From the NCBI GenBank assembly GCA_002633005.1, contig NMRA01000085.1, positions 231,708-295,707 of the forward strand: a stretch of 64,000 nt of DNA, given 5' to 3'. This document shows, in pieces, positions 24,686 through 37,424 of this stretch. This DNA is from Phoronis australis (lineage: Eukaryota > Animalia > Phoronida). The notes under the pieces are model-generated. The model worked only from the letters and a program-made list of their open reading frames with translations. It did no database searches and was not told the origin of the DNA. How positions within the stretch are numbered: position 1 is the stretch's first letter; the number at the start of each line of letters is the position of its first letter. The translations under genes were made by a program, and so were the position numbers.

Positions 24686-27601
24686 GTAGGTGGTCAGTCT
24701 AATCAACAGTCCATTTATTGGGTTTTTCACGTTGTAGTTTCGTAAACACTGTGGAAAACGAAGTTTAGTCCTCAGTAACTTCGATATAATGTGTGTTTTA
24801 AAAAGGGGGCTTTTAACTGTGGCTAGCAACCTAAAAGCTAGATCCGTGAATTAAACCTGTGGTAAGTATTCAAGGTTATTTCAGGTGTTTTTCATTAATG
24901 CTATATTGAGCGCTACATCGGCTGGTTAAAAGTGGCCAGTCTCAAAGTAATATAAAATAAAGGGGTTTATTAAGCCAAAATAATATTTAAGTATGAGCTT
25001 AATCTAATCGGAAAATGGCCTACGTGTATCCCCGTCCTGATATTGCCTTCTGAGTTGATTACTGAGAAGGAAATTCTCCTTGGAAAATGAAAAATGATGT
25101 TTACAAGTCGAGAAAATGTGTCATGCTTTAATGGAAATTGAAGGCGCTATGACAGATTCTTTATGCGCCCACATATTTCACTTAAGTTGCGGAGAGTCAA
25201 TTTTTTGTGGTAACGAACAGCAGTATTCATGCCAGTTTGATAATTCTATTCTCTTTCAGTAAATCGAATGATCGATTGAAGTTTCTCGCGTTTTCTATGC
25301 TTTATGAATGATTCAAAACACCCGGGGTAGAGTTCAGTAGCTGTCTCGCAGCAAAAAATCTAGCCAAAATCACGTGCTCTCATTTAAAATACCCTGCAAT
25401 ATCTCACGTAATCTCGCGAAGTCGTGCTTTTTAGAAAGGTCCTAGCGTACGTCCTAGCCTTATTTGAACGTGTGACTTCATTCGTCGGACAGGCACGGCA
25501 GGAGTCGAACAAAGCTAATTTTAGGCTTTTCAGCGTAACATTGTCACTTCCTTTACCACCTTGTACAACATCTTGGAGCGAGCAGCATCTATTGGTGACA
25601 CAACCCTGACTAAACATGCGGCAGGTAAACACTTGCGGAGACTTCAAAACCCGAGGAGACACTTCCCTGTCGACATTAAGTTGCCTGATTGTGCTGTGAA
25701 ACTTGGGATTTGTTTCCAGTTGTTGTGGAACCCACCCTTTATCTTTTCAAGCGCTAGGGCAACCCGGTATTTGGCGAAGAGTAGTCAGCCATTCTACTGC
25801 TTGTTGTACCACAGATCCAGGACGATCTACGATTGGATTTGCAAGAGCCTACAGAGTAATGCCTGAAGACTCTTAAAGATCAACAAAGACCGTTCCGCTG
25901 TAGTCAGAAAAAATCTGTAGCAAGAAACCGAGATATACACTTAATACAAGCATTGTGTTGAACTAGGGTGCATTCCGTTGCTGAAAGAACCTATCGACGA
26001 AGCAAGACCACGCAGAACTACGCAAGTGAAAGGCGACTGCTTGTGAGTATGCTCGGGACCTTACCAGGTTGCCCTATCAAAATGGCCTCCACTGAAGAGA
26101 TTGGTCGGTGAGGTTGGAATGTTAAATTATGGGTTAGAATCCTGTTCTTACTTTCCAAAAGCGAAGATTTCTTGTCGCGAGAACTTCGCGAGTGTCTTGC
26201 ATGTACGGAATGCAACCCATCTTTATGTATGATTAGAGTCGCGGGGTATCAGTAGATGTGTTCAAATTGACGCAAGATGGTAAGGGACAGTAAAACCTAG
26301 TACGCTTGCAAGTCTAAAATTGAAATTGCCCTTTCCCATGCCTGTCTGCAATGAAACCACAGATTCAACGATTAGGCCTCAATAATGGTGGTGCTTTCTG
26401 CAAGGATGCTGGTGAATCCGTGGCATATTCAAACAGCCAGCATCTCATGACCGATGACAAGCGTGTATGAGTGGGTGAGGAGTGGTTATGTGGACGTATC
26501 CTACCAAAATCACTGATACACCTCACGTTCGCCGGTGTTTGTGAAGCGAACAAGAAAAAAGAAAGAAAGTGATTGGCCACTTGCAAGACGGAAGTAATCA
26601 GACGAAGTGCCGTTTCCCCGCCATTACGGCTATTTGTTTTAACAGAAAAACGTCTGGTAATAAAACATTTCGGCAAAATTGTAATAACACAACGGTTTAA
26701 CCACCTTACTAACTTTCTTCTTAACACCCTTCATTACTGGCCATTAGGGAAAGTTTCACTGGTATGAATTCGGCTACCAACCAGCCGTCATGACGGAGAA
26801 TTACAGGTCATTTTGTCTCGATTCTTTTGGCGTGTACTACATCATTGTCGGCTACCGTCAGTAGTAGGAGATTTTGTTCTCATTTTGTTTATTGGTGACT
26901 AAGCATTGAAAATCTTACGTTTAATGTTTTAATTGGTCGATGCACACTTTACATGATCCGTCAATAATGAATCAATCAGTTAGCCGAGTTGGGTCCCAGG
27001 TCAAAGTGACTACTTCAAAATTGTTCTATTATAGTGTTTGACCCTCAAAATATACCGTTAATTTGTTCATTTATGTGAGGTAGTCAACGAGACCGCAAAA
27101 TAACGACAATTCGGTAATGGCTGCGCTAATTTGCTTAAGAACACCCGTGCGACATTGTTTCAGTTAGTTAATGTCAATCTTCACACCGAATTTCCTTCAT
27201 CAAAATGTTATTTTGAATTTGATGTCTGGGGTTGCACGTGGGCATTTTCATGCTCAACTACCTCCATTTCGACCACGATATAGCCGTAAAACACAAGAAA
27301 TGTTAACTAGCCTCATTTTACGCCTCGTTTTTTCTGTAAGGCGTCGCAAAATTGAATCAAAACATTCTACACTCGCCATTGAGTGAACCGACATGTCCCA
27401 AAGTAATACTCATGTTATCGAAGATGCGCTCAATGTAGTTTTAATTAAACTGGACAAGAGTTATCGGAATAGCATCGAACTTGTGTGGATTAACGACTTC
27501 TTATTTTTCGAGGATTGGAATGCTTTTCGTCGTATAGAATACCTTTTCACAATAGATGTCCATGTAGAACCTTCCGTATGTATATTCTTTTTCTTTTGCA
27601 G

Positions 27602-27747
27602 TTCTTTTCTCTCTAATTGGTTTCATCATCTGGGGTGCGAAATTCCAGGGCGGCGACTTCTCTTACGTCATAACAGTTATAGCTGCTATTATATGCCTGA
27701 TCGCCGGCATTTTAGCTACAGTGCAGATGAGAGGTGGACACTGCTAA
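27602..27747 (+). CDS. PMP22/EMP/claudin-like tetraspan protein, coding exon 3 (terminal)
   Basis: Strong polypyrimidine acceptor ttctttttcttttgcAG, phase 1, encodes VLFSLIGFIIWGAKFQGGDFSYVITVIAAIICLIAGILATVQMRGGHC*. The spliced CDS is 507 nt (168 aa). Confidence 0.85.
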
Positions 27748-29974
27748 AGCGTAAATGACGCGTTGACTTATGCATGCTCCTATTAAGTCTGTCAGAAGTT
27801 TGTACAGTTGTTTTACATTTGTTTCGTAGTAAAACATTATCGTTACGTGCATTAGTAAAACGAATTGGGTTAATATATAAAGCGTTCCGTAGACCTAGTT
27901 TCTCGCGAGAAAAGCAAGAGCTCGCATGTCTACGCGAAATCACACCAGTGAAAAACTAGTGTTTCGCGAGTATGCTTGTAAGCTTATTAACATATCCTAG
28001 AAAAATGGTGACAAGTGTAGTGATTGCCAGTACAATCGTGTCGCTGCAGCTGTCCTCCGGTGGCAACGCAGTATAGTCGACATGCTCGTAGCCGGACTCT
28101 TGTTACCTGGCACCGAAATGGTGACACTATATCGAGTACACGCCTTTATTCTCACCATGAATAATTCAGGTTGTTACAACGTCTTGTCGGGCATTCAGCT
28201 GACCTTGAAGAAGTGACAAAATATATGACTTGTTTCGTCACCAATGCTTTTGATCTAACCCTCTGGTCTCAACAAAAAATTCGGTACTAGGGGTTCATGG
28301 AGCTAAGCTAAATACCTCCATATAACGCCAGGTGGTGTCTGTGGTATGACGTGGTTCTCTGACTGGGACAAGGTGTTTTTGACCATTTTAAGATTTGCAA
28401 AGCTTATTAAGGTGTCGATTGGAGTGCGTTCCGTAGACGCAAGGACCCATGGAAAGAGCAAGATCACGCGAGTGATAGACGAGTATGTTACGCAGCTTTC
28501 TAGCGCACCCTAGCCAAATGGCGGCCTCTGGCGGTGAGAGTGGGAAGTCGAGTTATGGGATAGAATTTACCGTTTCTGTTCTATAAGCGAAGATTTCTCA
28601 CTTCATGTGCAGTATTAGAGTATTACGCATACGGAAGGCAACCCAGGTAACAACGACACCTGACGGTACTGGTGCTCCTGACTGCCGCAGTCGGAATGGG
28701 GCAGGAACGAAATTGGTTTAAGTCATTTTGAACGTGACCAATGAAGCCACAATCCCTCAATGAAGCTTTCATTGTCATCCTCATTCTGCCAGAACTGTAA
28801 GTGAATGACTTAAGTTTCTATTCCACGAATACGAATATTTGATCTATGAAAGCTTTTTCGTTCTTTTAGTTACTACAAATTTGGAGGCGTTTTACTGGAA
28901 GTAGAAAGCTATTTCTCGTTTTCTCTTTATGTTAGACACATGTACGTAACCTGGGTACATTGATCTAAACGTTATGCCTTCGGAATTTAGAAATAGAGCT
29001 CGTTATTTAACTGGCTTGCTTCAGCTCGCCAGTTGCCGTAGCCTTATTTAGTGAGCACTTCCTTCTCATCCATGGAGCGCAAATGTTAAAAACAGTTTAA
29101 TCAATGACTGAAAAGATTTCTCTAACATCTCAAAAATTTTCATATTCTAATGGAAACGATTTCTGTCATCAAATATACCGTTTACCAGAAGGAGAACTCA
29201 CTCTTCAGTTGACAATAATTGGATTGTTTAATGAGCTAGGAGCAAGATTACTGGTTTAAATTCATGAAAAGGTGATCAAAGACGAATAAAATCTTTAAAC
29301 CAAAATAAACGCACTGTATACACACTTGGAAAGAAGAACCATTGCTAGAGAATATTTCGTTCCCCAAAAGTGGGCGATTGTTTGTCTTTCCAGTGCAAAC
29401 AGGTCACGTACGGGATCACGTCCACAGTGTTACAATGTAGTAGGCCCGGATGCAGAGGCTGGTCGACCGGAACTGAACTCTGGGCCTTGTACTGAAGTGT
29501 GGGTACATATTTGGGAGTCGCCCTGTAAATTGTCCTGGGCACACGTAAGCAGAAGTTACAAAACACCAGGCCCTTCAAATCTTGCTATATACTGTTAGTA
29601 GAAAAAAATCGGACCCAAGAATAAATTTGTAACCATTTTATTGGAGTACATCGGTCTCTTCCACGATTTTCATCATCAAGGCTTAAGATGGTCATGCCCT
29701 GTCGTCGTTTGTATTGTAGTAATTTATTCTTTTTTGAAAGTAAAATGCTGTGTGATACAATGTAGAAACATTACAGTTATTCTGAGGAAGTGAGTTATTG
29801 ACTTGTTATAGTGATTTGCTGACTGCTTCACTGTGTCTTCTTTCGGGAATTGTTCTACATGTACGCTCGCTTAGTGGACTAATGCATTTTATAGTTGTTT
29901 GTAATGCTTTTGATAATATAATCATAATGCATATGATAGCTTGGGATTTGATTGCTTTCTGTTGCCTCTGTCTC

Positions 29975-30140
29975 CAGTGGCGGATTTATAGGGGGGGGGG
30001 AGGGGGCCATGGCCACCACTAAAATTCTGCCAGATTCCATTTTGCACTACAGTTCGTGTGGTGCGAATGTCTGACGGGCAATATCCTGGCTAATACTCTG
30101 CCCTAGCCCCCCCTAACTCAAAATCCTGAATCCGCCCCTG
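29975..30140. mobile_element. Short MITE, second copy of the 15239-15402 family
   Basis: Same termini and internal sequence. Confidence 0.7.
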
Positions 30141-30839
30141 GTCCTGTAGGCGTGTATTTTAATTTAGCAGTTGCTCCCGTCGTTGATTTTAACATTTATT
30201 ATCAGGAAGCCATTGATAACGCGATCATCATCTCTGCTCGGTGTTTGGCGTTTGTCGTCCGGAGAACTGACGCACAGTTCTTTGGCTAGACGGACCTCTT
30301 GAAGGATTGCCATGGAATGTGGCAGATGTTGCACTCAGTGAACGCACAACTAACGCCGATCTGCCAAAACGCTTTATCGATGTTCTTGGAAGTTAGCAGC
30401 TACATGTATGTTTTTCAGGGTAGACATTCTTTCTCTTTCACTTACGGCAACGGCGTTCTCATTAACGACGTTCTTTTCATCACATATTTGTATATTTCTT
30501 TTCTCACGAGCCGCACTTCTTTTCCCACGTGCTGTAAGTATGTTGTTACGAATATAATATTCTGGGCTCATTAGCCGCGTATTTTCGACGTTGTTGTGCA
30601 AAGACGGATTTGATAAATTGTGCCTAGCTCGTGCAACGTGTGCCTTGTGTCAGTCGTTAAAAGAAATGCAGTCAGTAACGAGGAAAGAACTGAGTTCGTA
30701 AGAGCTCAATTACTTATCTTTTTTGTACTTTATTCACGAAAATAAGAATTAATTAATAAAACGTCAAGTACACAGTCATACGCACGCACGCACGCACGCA
30801 CGCACGCACACACACATTGATGCTTCAATTTGATTTTTT

Positions 30840-31520
30840 AATATTGCTTGAAATGATTGTTTAGGTTTCTCAAAAGACTTTAATACTGGGTTTCATATTT
30901 CTTAAAAGGAGACTATTTCCTGTGGCAATATAGTTACAAAGATAATATTGAAATGCCTTGTACATGTAGGTGGGTATAGTTTGATCCCTAGCACATAGAT
31001 AAACAAAGTATTGACACCTGGTTAAAATACTATTGACCTTGGAAAAATCCCATCCAAAAATGCAGTCAATATCACATCCTTGCATAATTTTAAATTGTGT
31101 TGTGTATCTATGTTGGTTATTAACCTCTGAACGCCATGCCACAAAGCTTTAACTAAATGTACCTTCAACAAACATGATTAATCTACAACTCCAACAGATA
31201 TACATGTGTCCCCGCTAACAATTTTCATTTCTAAATAAATTTGTTAAAAATCTTTCTAGAAATACATTTAAAAATTGTCCATTAATTAATATGCATTTGT
31301 GTCCCAAATCGCATGGTTTTCAATTGTTCTGTCCCGATTTGAATATTCAGATATTTCTTCCCATGCCATAAGGATATCGTGGTAGAAGTTATTGGGCTTT
31401 TCTGCAGTTAACAATTTATATTTATACATTATCAAAGTGGTTTCAAACAATGGAACAACATCGCTTTTGTTGTTCACAATATAAAAAATATTGTTCATAT
31501 TGTTCCTTAACAGATTAGAG
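30840..31520 (-). mobile_element. Degraded L1/Tx1-type non-LTR retrotransposon ORF2 3' end
   Basis: Minus-strand peptides FYHDILMAWEEI, VKALWHGVQ and ARDQTIPTYMYKAFQYYL resemble Tx1/L1 ORF2 C-terminal motifs. Multiple stops and frameshifts. Confidence 0.5.
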
Positions 31521-32551
31521 TTTCAAACATTTAAATAGGATAAAACAATACACATAAAAGCATTTGTCACATGGTGGCCAAACTGTTCCCCACCACGTAT
31601 TAATGCGCACGAGTTCATCCGCGGTTTAAAAAACAAGGCTTTCAAAATCAGTTTCCTAATTATTCAGGGCACCCATGACCAATGGCTCTTGACTATTTCT
31701 ACGACCTCAAGTAAAATCGCTGTTATGGTGCAGTGTGTTACTGTGGACCCATATGTCTGCAATAAAGTTTATCCCATCTTACATCATGTCTTAAAACTAA
31801 CTTTTTTATTCGGACAAGCCAGTTAGCTTCCAGGGCTGTTGATAACTAAAAACATCATCGCTTATTCTACACTTTACTTGGTTGTCCAAAAGGTAAATAG
31901 CTAAGGTGTATAAATATATGTCGGAGTGTCCATTTCGACACCCTGGATGCCTGTTAGATTAAGGTGTGCTCCTAGGGCTGCCGCCCAGGGTGGAAGGCCA
32001 CCCAATATTCCCAGATGAGTCACTGCTGTGCCTCAGGATGTGATAATTTTTAAGAATTTCATTATTTTAAATGGTAATGAGCCATTTTGAAACGAATATT
32101 AATGAAATTGTCTTTCAACATTCGTTTTTCTGTTCATGTGTCCGTGAACACAAAAATAACAGATGTATTTTCATGTCTATTAAAGTCAATGAGATAAATA
32201 TGCTACTGTGACTTTCAAAATTTGACTAATGCCTAGAGATAGCCCACCTACACATTTGTGCAAATACACGTAAAATCGTATGCTCAAACGCTTTCCATGT
32301 AAAATCAAGATTTCCTAAATGTGACATCAAATTTAAAGTCAATTTCGTCAAAATCGCCTGGAGGCGCCTCATCTAAACTTCGGCACAAAATATGAACGAC
32401 ATAGATATGGACAGACGGTCGTGAATACTATGTCCCTCGCTTTGCGCTTACGTGCGGCAGAGGAAAATAAAACACTAATAGTGTTCCTAATTATGCTACA
32501 AAGACTTCAGTTGTTGATAAAGAGAAAGAAACATTGCTTGGCTGAAAATAT

Positions 32552-32565
32552 ACACACACGCACAC

Positions 32566-32605
<40 letters not shown>

Positions 32606-32670
32606 ACACATCCACACACACGTACACACGCACACAGACGTACACACGCACACGCACACGCACACACACC
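32552..32670 (+). repeat. (CA)n/(CACG)n microsatellite
   Basis: Directly visible. It produces the spurious HT/CV ORFs. Confidence 0.95.
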
Positions 32671-34129
32671 AGCACATGAACCACATTCGGTATTGGTCTG
32701 AAATAACGTGCTCGACTTTTGAGAACCAATTTTCTCCACTGAATAACGGGCATAAACTGGTTCTCAATATACGGGCACGTTATATCAGACTATTGTCCCA
32801 CTTTCAGTATTGCAAATTAGTCTGTTTATAGCGTTCCAGGCCTCTTTAAAGGGGAAGGCAACCTTTTTTCGTGTCGTTTTTAGTAAAAATACGGTTCGTT
32901 GATTATCTCACACATATTTTTCAGCTAATTACAGCTCGTCGTAATTTTGTTAAAATCGATCTAAAAGTCCTTTCATATTGACTTAAGTCCGGTCTGAGCA
33001 GACCCTCGACGTAAACTGCGAAGTTAACCGAACTGTTCATATTGGCTTCGGTAGTTAACGGACATCGAAGTAAACAGTAGGTTGTCATCGAAGTAATCAC
33101 AACGTAGTGCAGATGCATCGCGTGCACGCTAAGATTTCTTAATGTGATAATTTGGGAACAGTGACATGTGCTAATTGACACAAAAACCTATTTCTAATTC
33201 GATTGGTGATTATTCGAGCAAAATATGAGCAACTATTAGCAACTATTACCGACGACACTGCCCTGTAATTGTTGACGATAACAGTTGGCCCTGACCATAA
33301 CTTCAATGGGACCGAAGTTGACCGTTCATACTGCACTGCAGCGTCGACGCTTCGCTGTTAAATCCACCTGTTTACTGCGAAGTTAACTGGCGCTGTTAAC
33401 CAGGACCGAAGTTAACCGTTCATTCTGACCGCATCTCCCTAAAACATCGACGTTAGTATGAAATGGTCTTAACAGTTTACACTAACATGGTGTAAGTAAT
33501 CTAAACTAGCGTGAATCAGTATTAGTAAGCGCAACAAATCGCAGGACAAAAACCGAACAGCTTATCGAATTTTCTTTTTTCAACAAGATTCGGGTCTGAT
33601 GTATGCCGATTGAGATCAGTTACCCATCAGTGAATGATCTAAGCCTCTATACGAGTCACTGAAAGTTTCATAAACAGCACACTTACTTGGCATCGAAAGC
33701 CTTGTAAAACCTTCAGGAGTTCGAACATTCAGTCTTGTCCTCACTGTTTCCCACCTATCGCTTACGTACACGTTTTGTTGGTAATGCCAATTTTTGTACT
33801 GACTAATTCGTCTTTTTTCCTAATCTCGGAGAGCAGGACGACCGCGTTTCGCCTTCGAATGTACACTACGCCTACTAATCTCTGCCATTTGTATTTCAAT
33901 CTGTTGGCCTCTGTTGTTGCGCATGCGTTATTGTGATGTTTACATATTTTTTAACGACCGTCCTTTTTATTCTTTGTAAACATTTCGTTCGTTTGTAGTA
34001 TTAACAATGATTTTTTCAAAATTGCACATGTTCAAAGTTAATAACTTTTTGAACATAATGTCATACCAAGAAAAAACAACTAAAACGGCGTTAAAAGTTT
34101 TTTTCGTCTATAACTCGGACCATAGGCCT

Positions 34130-34455
34130 TTAACAGGCTCAGGCTCCGGTGCAACGGCGGCTGTCCCTGTGCAGGATCAGACCAAGTTGTCGGCAAAGCC
34201 AAACCGGCAGTGTGGCCGGACGGCCGGCTGCTGTCCCTAAGCAAACTCAGAAGGACCACGATGTCGGCCAAGCGAAACGCGCAGCGTGGGTGACTGTCTC
34301 GCTACAGGCTCGGGGCCCAGTTGCCGCCGAAGTCAAACGGGTAGTGCGGCCTGATGACATTCAATAAGAAGGGTAAGGCCTAGTTGCCAGGGAAGCAAAG
34401 CCGGCAGCGCTGCCGTATAGCCGGCAAAGCCAAGTCGGCAGTGTAACTGCACGAC
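34130..34455 (+). repeat. GC-rich degenerate tandem repeat (CCAAGTTGCCGGCAAAGCCAAGCCGGCAG core)
   Basis: The core recurs about every 60-75 bp. A longer homologous array lies at about 58000-58825. Confidence 0.65.
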
Positions 34456-34875
34456 TTCTAAACTGTCAGATACCGTACATGTATATAGATAGATATTTTA
34501 TTATATGCGCGCTCGCACACACATGCGTGCGCGCACACACACATACACAGGTGGACAAGCTTATAGAAGGAATGTTTCTTAAAGAATGCAATGGGTGTCG
34601 CCAATATATTCAGGTTATAGATATATAGAAGATTAACAAAGGCACCCCCAAAAAATACAGCCAACCGCGAGTACACAGGTCAAAATAGTTATTGACTTGA
34701 CATATGACTTCCGTGGAGAGATTGCTAACACAGATGAGTGTCCCTATTTGTAACCTGAGTTATAATACTAAATCAATGTCCTTCTATAGAACCTTGATTA
34801 ATGCTCAAAGTATTTTTGACATATGCCATTATTGAAAATATTAAGCATTCTACGAATGGATTTACGCTTCGCCAC

Positions 34876-35286
34876 ATCAGGGTCCGGTCTCTAATCTTTG
34901 TACTCGAAATGAACTCGAAACTATTTTTGGGAATTTCTCTGCTCCTTTTGTGCGAACTTAAGATAATTGGTTATCAGACTATGCTCGAATACATTATAGT
35001 TTATGCATAGGAGTTTCTAGTTCAAGTTTGCCCTTGAAGACCCTTATATTCGTGCTACAAACTCGAGTAAAAACTCGAAATTTCGAGTTCAAACTCGAAC
35101 TTATTGCTTTAATATTGGGTTTACAAACTGTGAACTAAGGGCAATAAATTATCTACGTAAGTTATTGTGTACTCCAGCATAGAATAATAGACACTTATCT
35201 TGAGTTCGCCCAAAAGTAGAGTAGAAAATGCCAAACCTAATTTCGAGTTCCATTTCGAGTAAAAAGATTGGAGACTGGGCTCAGGT
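34876..35286. mobile_element. MITE inserted just 3' of GPCR copy 1
   Basis: TIRs CAGGGTCCGGTCTCTAATCT / AGATTGGAGACTGGGCTCAG. Absent at the paralogous position near 60160-60190. Confidence 0.8.
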
Positions 35287-35329
35287 CTCCTGAATTTTCC
35301 ACGTTGATAAAATATGAAATTGTTTGTCA

Positions 35330-36496
35330 TTACATGAGCTGTGACGTCAGTTGAAACTCTTCGATCAACTGCACTCTGTGTGCAACTCTAGCAGACTTAT
35401 CGTCGTTTGTTCTCGACTTACGCAGGCACGACAGGAATATTCCACCAAAGGTTTCTCGAAACACCGAACTCATGGAGCAATAAAGGACAAAATTCAACGG
35501 ATAGCTGAGGAGCAGCAGGACGTCGATTGCAGTGACAAGTTTTGCAAATGAAAGCGGGTCAAGTGTGGTAATCCCAAGTTGACTTGAAAGAACAATCACC
35601 GAAAAACCGATGCCGTTAGGAATTTCTGCGCAGAGTGTAATGACACTGACAGCTACCAGCATGGTTGTTGTGCGGGTGTTGACAGAGTCCACCGCTTGCT
35701 CTTTCGAGTTAGTCTTCTGAACCGAACTTTTCAGATTTGCGTGCCTCTTGTAGCTAATATGTAACTTATAGATGAGGACGGTGTTAAGAACCAGTAGAAA
35801 AATGCTTGGAAGAAAGCTCTGAAATATAGCCCGAATAAGAAAACACGTTGAAAAATAGCTCGTTGGATCAGTTATCCAAGACTCGTACACTTCCACGCAT
35901 GCGCTCACAAGAACGGAATCATTTGTTTTCGACGGAATTAAGACACGATCGAAATGCGAGTCCACAAATCTTATGAGGTTAACAGAGATTCCCAAGAAGC
36001 AGGATAAAAAAATCAAGATCCCAGTTTTCTTTTTCGTTACTTTGTAGCTCTTGAACGGATTTTCCACTATGTAGAGACGCTGATCCGCCATTGCAACCGT
36101 AAGCCAAACAGAAATTGTATGCGTTGTGGCGGGAGTGTGCATGAGCATAAGTTTAAATGCTGTGTACCACTCGTAGGGAACCCAGTCAATATTGTTGAAG
36201 GTGAATATATACATCAGAACTGGCAGGGTCGCTAAGGACGTAACTAAATCTGCCACTGAAATTGCAGTGAGTAACATGTTGACCGGGTTTATCTTCTTCA
36301 TCAACACAACGCAGACGGAAACATTGGTAAAGAGAGTGAGAGCGCCGACAGACGGGTATAAGTAACCGTAGACGGGCTGTTGAAATTCCTGAAACTCTCC
36401 GAAGAACAAAGCGTTTGTGATACCATTTGAACTGCTGTTTAGAGCCTTCTTGTAGTTGATACTCAGAGAATCGATTGTATATCCTTGCTCCGACAT
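35330..36496 (-). CDS. Rhodopsin-family peptide GPCR, sex peptide/MIP (allatostatin-B) receptor-like, copy 1 (388 aa)
   Basis: Seven hydrophobic segments with motifs N..L..ISVADL, HTISVWLT..MADQRL, TTTMLV.V.....AEIP and LSYPLNFVLYCSMSSVFRETF, typical of the SPR/FMRFamide-receptor group. A ttttcAG-type acceptor lies 8 nt upstream of the ATG. Confidence 0.9.
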   Translation of the reverse strand: MSEQGYTIDSLSINYKKALNSSSNGITNALFFGEFQEFQQPVYGYLYPSVGALTLFTNVSVCVVLMKKINPVNMLLTAISVADLVTSLATLPVLMYIFTFNNIDWVPYEWYTAFKLMLMHTPATTHTISVWLTVAMADQRLYIVENPFKSYKVTKKKTGILIFLSCFLGISVNLIRFVDSHFDRVLIPSKTNDSVLVSACVEVYESWITDPTSYFSTCFLIRAIFQSFLPSIFLLVLNTVLIYKLHISYKRHANLKSSVQKTNSKEQAVDSVNTRTTTMLVAVSVITLCAEIPNGIGFSVIVLSSQLGITTLDPLSFAKLVTAIDVLLLLSYPLNFVLYCSMSSVFRETFGGIFLSCLRKSRTNDDKSARVAHRVQLIEEFQLTSQLM

Positions 36497-36992
36497 TCCA
36501 GATTCTGAAACTAACAGTATATCATGACTCTCGTTTTATCGTAAACAACAGATACTGAGTATCAAAAATAGTTAATAAAAGATATATAATTCGCACTAAA
36601 TTAATTTTACATAGTTTAAACAATTAACCAATGCGACACGGACTACTACGGTTTAGACCAAATCTTGTGTTGTATCGTTAAATTCTACAACTGAATAGAA
36701 TAATATTTCCGTTATCGTCCTCCTGAAATCACTACCGGACACATGAGCACTACCTTTTAGAGTTTGTAACTGATCACTATTAAACTTCAAAGATAAAGTT
36801 TAGTTTTGTAAAAACTGTGGGTTTCCACTATCTCTGTTACAAAACTTGCCTTGATTCGAGAAAAATATAATTATTATTCCATTCAATTACGTTTATTAGC
36901 GATTCATCGTACCAATTCCCAAATTTTTAGAAAGATACTAAACCCTGTTTTCGTGTTTCTATCAAGGCCTTGTTCTGGCACCTGCTAATGCA

Positions 36993-37211
36993 TCACTGGG
37001 GTCTCAAATGAGTGATAAAAGGAGAATTCAAGTAAAAATTCATACTGTATCTTAGTAAATAATTGGACATCATGGTTCTTGGTGGATGGTCTACCCTACT
37101 GTTACTGTTCAACTTGTTTAAAGCGTTGGTCACGCTTACCAGTTTAGCAGACTGTAAGTTTACAACTATTTTGATCCAAACTTTTGAGGGTTGTCGAAGA
37201 TTACAGAGCAT
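36993..37211 (-). other. 72-codon ORF upstream of GPCR copy 1 (coding status uncertain)
   Basis: Start, stop and length are shared with 61928-62146; 48/72 aa identical by manual alignment. Confidence 0.3.
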
Positions 37212-37274
37212 TATTTTGTTTCAGAGAACCGGATGGGAAATTTGTTTTCGATAGCTCTAATAGGCCAAAACCGG

Positions 37275-37424
37275 CCTCCCGTTCAGTAACGCTAGGACCT
37301 GGCTTAAAAGCAAGACTTTGCGAGATTACGCGAGATATTTCAGTGTATTTCAAATAAGAGCACGTGATCTTGACTAGCTTTTGGCTAGGTCCTAGCGTAG
37401 GTCCTAGCGGCTACTCAACGCACG
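37275..37424. mobile_element. MITE inserted upstream of GPCR copy 1
   Basis: Flanked by duplicated CCGG (37271-37274, 37425-37428). The paralog has the empty site AAAACCGGGTTTG near 62205. Confidence 0.75.

Noticed and set aside
25161-25178. Second HINE copy (TTATGCGCCCACATATTT)
   Set aside because: Only an 18-bp match to the 5' end; no microsatellite, core repeats or 3' end follow.
27393-27758. 121-aa ORF as a standalone gene
   Set aside because: It overlaps claudin-like exon 3 in a different frame; the spliced frame explains the region better.
32421-32831. His/Thr-rich or Cys/Val-rich proteins
   Set aside because: Translations of a (CA)n microsatellite.
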